Source of the DNA: Isurus oxyrinchus
Taxonomy: Eukaryota
Length of the DNA stretch: 64,000 nucleotides
Direction of reading: 5' to 3'
Assembly (NCBI GenBank): GCA_026770705.1
Contig: JANJGN010000034.1
Span: forward strand, 7,378,001 to 7,442,000
Notes under the pieces: generated by a model
The model's database searches: none
What the model was told of the DNA's origin: nothing
What the model saw: the letters and a program-made list of their open reading frames with translations, nothing else
Shown here: positions 53,151 through 64,000 of the stretch, piece after piece
Numbering within the stretch: the first letter of the stretch is position 1
How the letters are laid out: the number at the start of each line of letters is the position of its first letter
Made by a program: the position numbers and the translations under genes

Positions 53151-54475
53151 AAGAACATAAGAAAAAGGATTATGTGCTGTATCATTTTACGCTCCACCAT
53201 TCAATACGATCAGAGCTGATCTTGGGCTTCAACAGCATTTTCCTGCCTGCTCCCCATTTCCAACACACCTCTGTATAAGCTGGGAGGCAAAGTAATGTGG
53301 GCCTATGTTCCATTGCATTCATAAGGATCAGAGGTGCTCCAATTGAAACATACAACATACTTAAGGCGTTTGGTGTGTTAGGCACTGAGGCATTGTTTCT
53401 GCTGGCTGGAGGACCGAGAACACGGGAGAGTGGCCATGTTCACACTCAGAATAATTAGTTGGCCCTTCAGGACTGATATGAGGAGACACTACTTTTACTC
53501 AAATGTTGTGAATCCTTGGAATTCTCTATCACAATTTTTTATACATTCTCCAACGTAGACAATGCCGACGACAGGGATAGACAAACAATTAGTCTCTCAA
53601 GAAATCAAAGGATATGTAGAGTGGACACGAAAACTGGATCTTGATGTCCAACATTCAGCTATAATGGAATTGTTTGGTGGGGCAGACCCTGCGACACATG
53701 ATGTAATATTCATGCTGCAATGCCTTGTGTTAATGTGTTCTTGTAAGGCTAGGGATGTGCTGACATGCATGCATTTCAGATGTATTTTATTAACCTTTGG
53801 ATTCATATCAATGAATCTTCACTTTACCGCCCCATTTTCGCCTTCTTCCTTTACTATTGCACCATGCTCCACCCAGTTGCACATCCCAAGTGACAAAAAT
53901 CAATGCCAGTATTCTCCAAAGTTTCGAAGAATGAGAGGTAATCTAACTGAAACTTACAAAATTCTCACGGGGCTGGGCAGGACAGATGCAGCTGAGATGT
54001 TTCTCCTGGCTGATGACTCAAGACCCAGAGGACACAATCTCAGTAAAAGGGGCAAGGCTTTTAATACTCAAATGAAGACGAACCACTTCATTAAAAGCGC
54101 GGAGGATCTTCCATTTCTCGTCTGCAGAGGGCTGTGCAACTCAAATCATTGAGCATGTCCAAAAGAGATATCGATGGATTGTTGGATATTAAAGGAGCAG
54201 TCTGATGCGGGACTTTGGCGGTAAATGGTGTAGACATAGATGATCATCCATGATCTGTTTGAATGCTGGAACAGACCCGATGGGCCAAATAGCCTACTCC
54301 TGCTCCTATGTCCCTGGGCACATCTGGCACTTTGGTCGAGTAATCTAAGGCGTTTGTTTCAGTCTCCAGTCTCATGGATGTGTAGTTTCATAATCCCTCT
54401 GTTGCCAAATGTTCAGGTTATTTGTACATGTAGAACCTTCAACAAATTGCTTTGTGCAGTCAAGGGGCTGCTGAC

Positions 54476-54635
54476 TGGCATAGCGGTAATGCCCCTGGTT
54501 TAGCAACCCAAAGGCCCAGGTAGAATGTTCTGGGGGTATAAGTATAAAACCAATCGTGGCAGATGCGTGAATCTGAGTTCAGTCAATAAATCTGGAATAT
54601 GAAGTTTGTCTTAGCAAGGTGACCATGGCAGTTAT
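54476..54635 (+). mobile_element. tRNA-derived SINE remnant
   Basis: A-box-like tggcatagcggtaa, degenerate B-box and aataaatctggaatatgaag body; similar reverse copies at ~8340-8480 and ~34800-34970. Confidence 0.5.
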
Positions 54636-55869
54636 CAACACTTGTTCACTTAGATCGGAGTTGTGGATCAATTTCTTCCCTCAGGATGGTGAATCGTTTG
54701 AATTCTCTGCCCCATAGGGTTGTGGAGGCTCAAGCATTAAGGAGGTTCAGGACAGAGGTCGATACTATTTTTTAAAAATACCAATGACATCATGGGATGT
54801 GGGGCAAGATGGCGTTGAGGTAGAAAATCAGCCATGATCTATCTGAATAGCGAGGCAGACTGAGGGACAGAATGGTCTAATCCTGGCCCTACGTCCTGAC
54901 ATGGCATTGCCCCATGCATCCAGATATTGAGAGTTCGGGTACCAGAAGCTTAAGTGGTGCTCAAGCATGGCAGGGATGAATTCACACCTTTATACTTTCA
55001 GCACCTGCGGACCCGAAATGCAACCTTGGGATTACAATAAATCTCTTATGCGCGTGCCTATATGTTGGTCTCGCTGTGTTATCAGCAGAGTGTAAGGTAG
55101 GTGGCTGACAATCCTCTCCAGTGGCTTTGGGTGAATTTGGCGGTGGTCATCTGGCTGCCAGAGGCCCAGAGTGCATCAGAATTCTTTGGGGCGTTTGCAA
55201 TAGTGCAGTGCCTGCTCCTGTGGCAGTGCTGACACCGTCAAGCCCACAGAAAAGATGCAAGATGTAGGAGTCAGGTAATCCTCCACCCTCCCAAGGCATT
55301 CTGGTATCGCACTGCTGAACGGAGAATTAACAGGAGATGTTTAGCAGCCCTTACAAATAGCAGCAGCCATTGTCACGGCTTGTCCTCACGCTTCTCGCTT
55401 CCTCTGCACACCTCGAATCAAGTAGTGGTCGGCAGCAGTGTCTGCCGAATTACCATTGGCCAGTGACCTGAAAAATCCATTGCAGCTGGTTGTGTTGGCC
55501 CAATCTGTTGGTGCTGCAGCTTCTAGTCATGACTGTGGGACTTGGTTCCTAGTAGCAGAATTCAGCCAACCTTTCTTTCCTTCCATTTGCAATCACTACT
55601 CACTAAACACTGTTAACATCGCTGGCCAATGGATGTATTTGAAGCTGAACCAGCTGTTTTGCAGCACTGGTGTTGTGTCTGACGGCAAATGAATTATCAC
55701 GTCCATTCCATAACTCCGTCCCTGTCTCTGCATTTCTGTTTCAAAATTCCTATCTACGTCTGTGTGACATCTGGGCTTGAATATTGTAATGTTCTTTTTT
55801 TTAGCCGAGATCCCACCTGAAACATCTGGTGTTGCATATGAGATCTCATCAAGTCTCTTATTTGATCAT

Positions 55870-56760
55870 TCATTTCTTCCTCGGATGTGTGCATCGATAG
55901 TTAGATCAATATTTCTTCTCCATCCTAACTACCCTTGAAAAGATGGTAGTGAGCCAATTTTTTGAATGGCTGCAGGTTAGATCTTGTAGGCATACCCATA
56001 GTAATATTAGGAAGGGAGTTCGAAGACTTTGGTCCAGTAACGATATCGACAGCACCTTCAAAACCCGCAAACTCTTCCACCTAGAGGGACAAGGACAGCA
56101 GATGCATGGGAAAGCCACTACCTACAAGATGCACTCCAAGTCATATATCACCCTGACTTGGACCTATATGGTCGTTCCTTCACTATCACTGGGTTAAAAT
56201 CTTGGAACACCTTCCCAAACAGCACTCTGGTTGTAGTTACACACACGCACTGCAGTGGTTCAAGGCAGCGGCTCACCACCACATACTCAAGGGAAATAAA
56301 AGCTCTGGGCAAAAAAATTGATTGCCTAGCCAGTGACACCCACGTCCCATGAATGATGAATTAAATATATGTACAGTTCAAAGTCAGGATGATCTGTGGC
56401 TTGGAGAGAGCTTGCATCTGTTGGTGTTCCCAAACATCTGCTGCCTTCGTATTCCTACATAAATGTCATTGATTTGGAAGGTACTGTGGAAGGAGACTTG
56501 GTGAATTGCTGCAACGCATCTTGTAGATGGTACACACCACTGCCACAATGCGTTGGTAGTAGAGCGAGTGAATATTGAATATGTTCAAGTGAGCTGCTTT
56601 GTCATGGATGATGTCCAGCTTCTTGAGTGTTGTGGGAGCTGCACTCATCCTGGCAAATGGAGAGTATTCCAACACACTAATGAATAGTGTCTTGTAGGTG
56701 CTGGACAGGCTTTGCAGAATCAAGAGTTGAGTTATTCGCCACAGAATTTGCCCAGCATCT
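55870..56760. mobile_element. Nested, oppositely oriented family A LINE fragments
   Basis: A + strand copy at 56050-56360 (RSFTITGLKSWNTFPNS) sits inside a - strand copy (SVLEYSPFARMSAAPTTLKKLDIIHDKAAHL). Confidence 0.8.
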
Positions 56761-59700
56761 TATTGATGATGCAAAGCAGGTTCAACTTTCGAGGGAAAAT
56801 ACCCCATTTTTAAATTGTCCGTGTTAGTTGTCAAAAACCCCTAAGGCTTCAACTCTCCATACTTCTGAATTTCCAAGAACTCTACAAACCCCTGAGATCT
56901 CTGCATTCTTCAAATTGAGGCAACTTCCATATCTTCAATGCCATTAGCTACAATTGATTCGCCACAATTGATTTCAATTCCTGACCTGGCCCAAAACGTT
57001 GGATTTTCCTCCCGAAGCATCTCCAACTCTCCCTCCCCCCTTTCTCCTTAAACCATTTTACATTGAGCAATTGTGCATGCATCTGTCCTGATGTTTCCAT
57101 TTAATGTTCGGGGCCATTTTCACCTTTTAACAGTTTGGCATTCCGTATAGCTTGCATGCGCCACACCTGGAGCAATGTGCCCCTTTCTGGCCTCTATATA
57201 TTTTGGCTAGACCAGTATTAGAGTATTGTGCATGGTTCTCGTCTCTATATATCTCTTTCAAAACATGTTTGGGGGATTTTAAACTGTTCATTTTTCCCCT
57301 ACATCCAAGTTAAATCGCATATAATGTATGTGCAAGTACTCTTCTTCATATCTACCAGTTAGATCACACTTGGAGTACTGTGCACAGTTCCCGGTTTCAT
57401 ACACCTGGTTTCAATCACACACACACAGTACTTTGCACAGTCCTGGACTCAATATTTCAGAATAATGAAAGACAAATATGGGAGAAGGTGGTTTACCAGA
57501 ATGGTACCATAACTAAGCATGTATTAAGCTTCAGAGTAATTTAGAAAAGGTTCTTTCTTTATTCACCTAAAAAGAGAACGTGGATGTCTCACCTGAGAGA
57601 GGTCTATAAGTTTACGAAGTGATATGACAGATCTACATCAGAGATGCTGATTTCTGCCCTGAAGGGTTCAAAGCTAGAATCATGGAATCATTCAGCCTTA
57701 TGACACATTTGAACCGTGATGTCTAATTTGATATTTCATTGTGCTTTCCAACTTAACCTTGCATCTGAGGTTAACTCCATGACATCACAAAGTAGTTTCC
57801 CTGCAAACGCATGTCAAATTGTTTTTTTATCTTCCTATTATCCGATTCTACCACCCTTTCACATCCGTTATTCCCTCTGCATCAAAATACAACACCCTTA
57901 TTCCTTTGCCTATATTTACTTCTGTATCTATGGCTTTTGGACCAATAGTGGCAAAGGGCCATATTTATTTGAGAAGCAACTCACATCCTTTAGTGTTTCC
58001 ATTCAGCTTCTATGCTGAAAAGATGAAAATTCCAGGGCCTACAATCTTCTCAAGTAATTTAAGTCTTTCATTCTTGAGGTCATCCAAGCTAAACATCTGT
58101 GTACCATTTGGATTCTCTTGAAATCATTCCTAAAGTATGTCGCCTAACAATCACACGATTTTTCATTGGAGGGCTAGCTATAGGTTTGTGCAAGTTTCGT
58201 ATTCACACAAAAAACAAAAATTGCTCGAAATACGGACTCGAAACGTTAACTCAGTCTTCCAATCCTCAGATGCTGAGTTTTTCCAACAATTCTTGTTTTT
58301 GTTCCAGATTTCCAGCATCTGCAGTATTTTGGGTTTTTTCTATTACTTCACTGCATTGGTATTCAATGATTCTGTTTGAAAGGCCAAGTTTCCCATGCAT
58401 TGTTCTTAAATATTAATGATCATGGTGCTGACATCACCAAGTCGTTGTGACCTTCCCTGTTCTGCACCTCCTGCAATGAGTATTGCTTGCATTTATAGTC
58501 AATCTCTTGTCTGCATATAGTTGTATATTCAAAATGTCTGGCAAATCTGACAGTCGCTCTATGCTGCTGCTCTCCTGCTCACTATTTGCTACCTTGACAA
58601 CTTTTGCATCCACAAACCTTGTAAGTGTAGTCCATGAGCTCAATCCCGCCTCCTTTGAAGATAGTAATAAAATCACCAAGTCTCTACCCAGGTCTGGCGC
58701 ACAAGACAGTTTCCTGTCCCCGAGAAATGAAAAAATAGTTTTATCATCACTAACTGCCTCCAAATTATTATCCAATTGGGACCTTAATTGGCAGTACCCT
58801 TATTGCAATGTTCTCTTTTTCTCTGTTGGTTTGTCCCGTCCTTTTCTTCGCCATGTTACTGCGAATGATAATTAATGTTTTCAGTGGCTCACGTCTCTAC
58901 GTTCTCCCCACCACTGGTATTAGTCTATTTGGCCTGTCACTTGTCAATGTTTATATATTTTTAAAATCGCCAAGACACCTAAAAGAAGATTCAGGAGAAA
59001 TTTATTCACACAGAGACCGTTAGTAAAGCAGAAGTCTCTACCACAGTGCATGTTGGGGGACATTGCATCGCAGTTAAGTGATAGCTATCATGATGGAGAT
59101 GAAAAAGGAGATAGGCTGATATAGATTGTTGAACTAAAAAGGAAGATGGCTCGCAAGAAGCTGGGCACAGGGCGGTCAGAGCACATGCGAGTGTTTCAGG
59201 ATTTATCAGCGAGTACCTTCCATGCAGGCATGCATAAAAAATTGTCTTTAATAAAAACTAGTAAGCTATTCAGAAGAAACTTGTGTATAAAGCAAGTGGC
59301 AAGAATATGCAGCAGCTTGCCACATGCAGAGGTCGGGCCATAAAACGTTGAGTCATTTTATCAAACATAGGAATATAGATAATGAAAGAGGAGTAAACAA
59401 AATAGTCTATTGATCTAGTAGGGTGACACAGGTTTGAGGAATCTTGTGTGAAAAAGAAACAACAGCATTAAATAATTGAGTGGATAGCCTGTTTCTGGGC
59501 TGAAAATTAAATGTATTGTCTTGAATTGAACTAAATGCCGCATTAGCTGTGAAACATTTTGGCAAAGCATTGTGGAGACAAATTAGATGTGGTCCGAGGA
59601 CACAAAAGTGACCGATTTCTTTTTTCTCCCTATTCCCGATTTGGAGCACACTCAATTGAATTTCGCAGACCTGATAATGGCTCATCGGCATATCTGATGA

Positions 59701-62592
59701 TGTGTCACCACACATGCCCAAGTATTCCTGAAGATTTGGGTTCTGAATGGATGGAGATGATCAATTGCAATGTAATCACAACCTGGACCACACACATTAA
59801 TGTGTGTGTTACAATATATAGGGAATGGATTCAGACATTACGTTATTAATCCCTTGATTGTGGATTCATTTAAAATATATAATTTACCAGTATCTGATTC
59901 TGAAGATTAATGGCCAGGATCTATCTTCTGGTAAATATTCCCAGAAATGGAAGATGTTTTAATTACAGTAAAGTGTTTTTGGAATACCTCTTTCGGTACT
60001 TACCTGAACATTGTTTCCTCAATAGAAGAGAAACTCAAAGGGAAAGTTATGTGCTTTATTTTCAAATTCCTGGAACAATCTTGAAATATAGAATGCTGTC
60101 AAGCAAGTTGAAATATAATTATGTGAAGAGGATTTTAATGTGCTTCATGGAACAATAAATGTCAATTGTCAATTTGGAAATTTGCAGGTGTTCATTCATT
60201 CAGAAGTTTACACAGTAAACGATGAAGAGCTTTTGTACTTTGCTGATACATCTGCAAACAGAGGGTATAAATTTGCGGAAGGAGCCAGAGGGCAAAGAGA
60301 AGTACCTGTATCCGCTGTTACGACCTGGAATGCACATCCTAGAATGCTGTTGGAAGGAAATTTAAAAGAAGCTTTCAAAGGACATGGATTGGTGACTTCA
60401 TTCTTGCATGGGTATCGGGAATATCAGGGAAGTGATGGACATTCAGTGGTCCTTTCAAACATCCATCAAAAACATGATTGGCTGAATGGCCTCCTTCGGC
60501 GCTATATTATGTTCTGATTTTAGTCAGATTTCTATGTTATTTGCTGGGAATATTACAGAAAGAAACGTTTTACAGGTTAATGACATGTGAGCCTTGAACT
60601 GAATGTTAGCAGATTTGCACAACAATTGTGACTTGCATCTATTTGGCGCAGTAAACATAACCAAAAAAAAGGCACAATGCATTTCAGAAGAGTATTATCA
60701 AACACAATTTCATACCGAGACTCAAAGTCAGAAATTCGAGATAAGGTCAAATGTTTTCTCAACAAACACCTTTTGTCTGAGAAAGGAGCCATAGCTGTGA
60801 AGGATGTGAGTTCCAGAGTGTAGGATCTTGGCAGTGGAACACAAAGCCACCGATGAGTGAGTGAGAAAGGGAGAGAGAAATGGAATGACTCATAAGAAGC
60901 CATCATTCAATCAACGGATTTATTGCGATGAGCTAGGGTTATGGCTTCACAGAGTAAGTGACGAGGTCATGAGAATTTTGAATTTTAATATTGAGGAGTT
61001 GCCTAACCACCAGCCAATATTGGCCAACTAGCAGTTAACAGGAAATTGACGGGAATCCCCAGAACTCATACGGTATTCCATAACATTACTAGAAAGATGA
61101 ATTCGCCAAATTGCTGAAAGTGGCTATCAATTTGCTAACGTTTATATTCAGGAAAACGATGGCTGCACCTGTATGTAGGCACAAGTTTGTAACGTGTCAT
61201 CTGCTCCCGATATTTAAAAATCGTTGGGATCTAAAAATGGGTGTAAATCCTTCTGCATTTAATCTACGATATAATTTCGTCAATGAGAAGTGCAAAACGA
61301 GAGTTTCTTTTTCTTGCCCGTTGCATCCCTGCGTCTGATATTCAGTTGCTTTAGCCAATATCTAAATTCCTTGACGAGAGGATGATAGGGGAATCTATAG
61401 AGTCCGTTTGCCCTGCCTCCCAGCACGAATCCCATTGTAACGAGGTTAATTCATTGATCATTTATAAATGGGTAATCCATTACTGAAAAAACAAAAATCA
61501 AAAATTAAGGCGTTTTAGAGGAAGTGTGCAAAACATTGTGTTTGAGAATTAAACAGGCCAACTCTTCTGAGAAATTGGAGCATATGAGCTGTACAACATC
61601 GGACGACAAGTCCATGCATTGGACCCTACACAGACACATAAAGTTCTATTGATTCAAAGCAAGTGCTGTCAAATGGATAGACAATTGGCTGATGATTTGT
61701 ATGGGGGAAGTCCATTTAATAGATAATCATGAATTGTGGAAAAGATGACAGTTGTCTATTACACTTGCTATTATACTCTTATAAAATTCTCAGAGCACTT
61801 TAAGCTGCTAAGACCCTAATTCCCTCTTGTCTGCAATACCCTCACCAAAGTCCCGTGTCCCTCTCTCTCTCTATCTATCTATCTCTCTCTCTCTGTCTAT
61901 CTATCTCACACACACACACACACACACACAAACACAAACACAAACACATGGTTATATTGAATATTGTATAAAATATAGGGATGAATTGGCGAATTTGCTA
62001 AGTAGATTCATTTGAAGGAAACAAGAATTGAAAATTATGGGCTGGTAACAATTTTCAGACAATAATGAAGCCAATAGGAAATACAGGAAAAACTTCCAGC
62101 GTGGTAAAAGAAAAACATAAAAATTATCACCACAGGGAATAGAGGAAGAAAACAGGATAAATAAATTAAAGGTGAACAATGCTAATGGTATGAGAAAGAA
62201 TGGACGAGGAGGGATATGCGGAGACAGTTAGATGAAAAGCAATGTTAAGGAGAACAATTCATGACATAAACTGCGCGACTGAAATGTCTCTATACTGATT
62301 ATTAAATGCAATTCGTGATGGTTAACATCAATGATCTTTCAAGATGCTGGGTCTATTGGTAGATACATCCTGGAGCTGTATGTAAATGTAGGAACTGAAC
62401 TGATGGCGGCCGCCTGAGTGTTATAAGTCACAGCATTCAGCGAGTGAACCGGGTGAAAAAAACATATTTTTTTCCCCCATGAAGAATGAAGCATTTATTA
62501 ATTGAATCAATATTTTGTAAAACTTGCATAATATCCAGAAAAGGTGCATGCTGTTAAAGCTTCATGTTGAAGAATTCTTACCTGCATTCCAG

Positions 62593-62628
62593 AATTAAGC
62601 GCGTGTCAAAGCGCATTAAAAGAATTAG
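62593..62628 (+). CDS. Microexon 15, 36 nt, ELSACQSALKEL (duplicate of exon 13)
   Basis: aattcttacctgcattccag|AATTAAGCGCGTGTCAAAGCGCATTAAAAGAATTAG|gtaaga. Confidence 0.87.
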
Positions 62629-63317
62629 GTAAGAGTGCCGTTCACTGTTAGGTTATAGACTGCTCCAGCTCTTTTTCACAACAGCTAAGAGGGTGAAAGT
62701 TTATCTCTAGTTAGACGAGGAAAAGAAAAGTTGGGGGGGGTGGGGGGCGGCCGGGAAGTGGGTGTACTCACGCCGCTTGTACAAACGGCCCATTATTCAT
62801 TCACGTTAACTTTAGAAGACCTGGATTTGAAGCACCGCCTATCACAATGTCACACAGCATAAATTAGTTTCCTATTCTTTGTGCTTCTCCAGTGTACCGC
62901 GTAACATCTTCCTCTTGAAAATGCAATTGTGAATTCTGTGTCATTGAGCGGACGTGAAACGGATGCAAGATGGTTTGACGGGACTGGGCCCAATCCTCTT
63001 AGAAACAAAATATTGACATATTGCTGAATTGGAGGCCTTACAATTACGAATTATTTTAATATTCTAAAAATACGAGAAACAAGAATCAAAATTCTGCACG
63101 ATATTCAATGCACGAAATAAGAATACTCTGCATCACCCAGATTGTGGTGTGAAAGCGAATCTCACTTCCATATTCAGTGTTTAAGTTGAACCGTGTAAAT
63201 GCATTGAAATAAAATCTAGATAAGTACAAGGGGAGAGTGGAACAGAGGGATATGATTGTAGAAAATTTGGGAAATTATTGTGTAGATCTTCATGTCGAAC
63301 TCTGTTCTCATCCACAG

Positions 63318-63344
63318 AAGCGAAACTGAAAAAGATGGAGAAGG
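63318..63344 (+). CDS. Microexon 16, 27 nt, EAKLKKMEK (duplicate of exon 14)
   Basis: actctgttctcatccacag|AAGCGAAACTGAAAAAGATGGAGAAGG|gtaatc. Confidence 0.87.
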
Positions 63345-64000
63345 GTAATCATGTTCGGAAATTCTTTGAGCCTGAATTCTTTCCATTTTTCACGCTGGCA
63401 GTTACAGAATGTCTTCCAAAGTATTAGATATAACATTAAGCCTTTTGGCGCTTCAGCTTGGGGATACATTTAGCCTTTTATGAGACAACAGCAATATGCC
63501 TCGTCTATAATAGATTATAAAAGTGATAGAAAAAAACAAAACGAATTGACTGTAAAATGCTTCTAGAGATCATCATTGTGTGAAAGCTGCAAAATATTGT
63601 ATTCTTCGAAATTTTCTTTGAGGAAAATGTAACTGGGAAAATAAAATAATTTAAAGGCTTATTTAACTGTATGGATGAAGCACCCAGAATAATGTAGATG
63701 AACGGTTGGCAGAGATAGATATAAATGGTTATGAATGGTAATTACCACTACAGAGGCACGGTTACACGTGACCAGATTGGGAAACAAATATTCCATAGTG
63801 CATATTCTTTTCTGAAAGACAGACTGAATGGCAAGATAGCCCGCAGAGTAAATGCTGGAATAAGGACATTAGTGAGGAAGGATCTTGGCTCAGAAAAGAA
63901 TGAAGTAGAATCCGTGTGGGAAGAAATGCGGAATGGCAAGAGTGAGAAAACATGGCGGGCTGGTAGTTCAAAGGTCCTCAAGCAGCAGATGTACTGCTGG

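Larger units (their letters stand above)
1527..63344 (+). other. Internal part of a large multi-exon gene: 16 alternating 27/36-nt phase-1 microexons encoding a coiled coil (5' and 3' ends outside the window)
   Basis: Each exon has a pyrimidine-rich acceptor ending in AG and is exactly 27 or 36 nt. 13 have GT donors, 2 have consensus GC donors, 1 has GA. All read open in phase 1. Joined peptide: EGKLANITK-EFQDLRDSLEAK-DQALAKKDK-ELEKLRKSNLDC-EENLSTKNK-DILKLKENIDDQ-EQEMAKKDR-ELEKLRKKLQDC-(K/E)LRISNENK-DQQIKNLQR-EIEALKKKLQDL-EEKLKLKAN-KLSACQSALKEL-EAKLKKTEK-ELSACQSALKEL-EAKLKKMEK, with heptad periodicity. Confidence 0.9.
57132..64000 (+). repeat. Segmental duplication, copy 2 (runs off the window end)
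   Basis: Begins agtttggcattccgtatagcttgcatgcgccacacctggag (cf. 43533) and the window end gtactgctgg matches 50577-50586. Confidence 0.97.

Noticed and set aside
53562-54152. Longest ORF in the track (196 aa)
   Set aside because: Chance read-through of repeat debris; the C-terminal half (FRRMRGNLTETYKILTGL...RGHNL) is a CR1 ORF2 tail.
1-64000. Ig/TCR V(D)J segments, CRISPR arrays, intact tRNA/rRNA genes or intact transposon ORFs
   Set aside because: No Ig-domain exon, heptamer-nonamer pair at 12/23 spacing, repeat-spacer array or intact RT/transposase ORF was seen; isolated CACAGTG heptamers are expected by chance.

Overview
This is eukaryotic, AT-rich and repeat-dense genomic DNA. The repeat content (decayed CR1, L2, RTE and Penelope-like elements, a tRNA-type SINE) points to a cartilaginous fish; that assignment is inferred, not proven. 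The supplied ORFs are almost all spurious or retroelement debris. The real signal is invisible to the ORF track: the whole window is the interior of one large + strand gene. I count 16 microexons of exactly 27 or 36 nt, all phase 1-1, almost strictly alternating (27+36 = 63 nt = 21 aa = 3 heptads). Spliced, they give 495 nt with no stop, encoding an in-register coiled coil with a higher-order 42-aa period, Cys at core positions and two N-glycosylation sequons. The coil appears to be growing by intragenic duplication: a recent ~13.6-kb duplication (43.5 kb to 57.1 kb onward) copies exactly one 36+27 exon pair. One exon has a GT>GA donor lesion, two use GC donors, and one expected 36-nt exon could not be found. 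The introns also hold an antisense histone H4 pseudogene and a ~430-bp fold-back palindrome. The gene's start and end lie outside the window, so its identity is unresolved.
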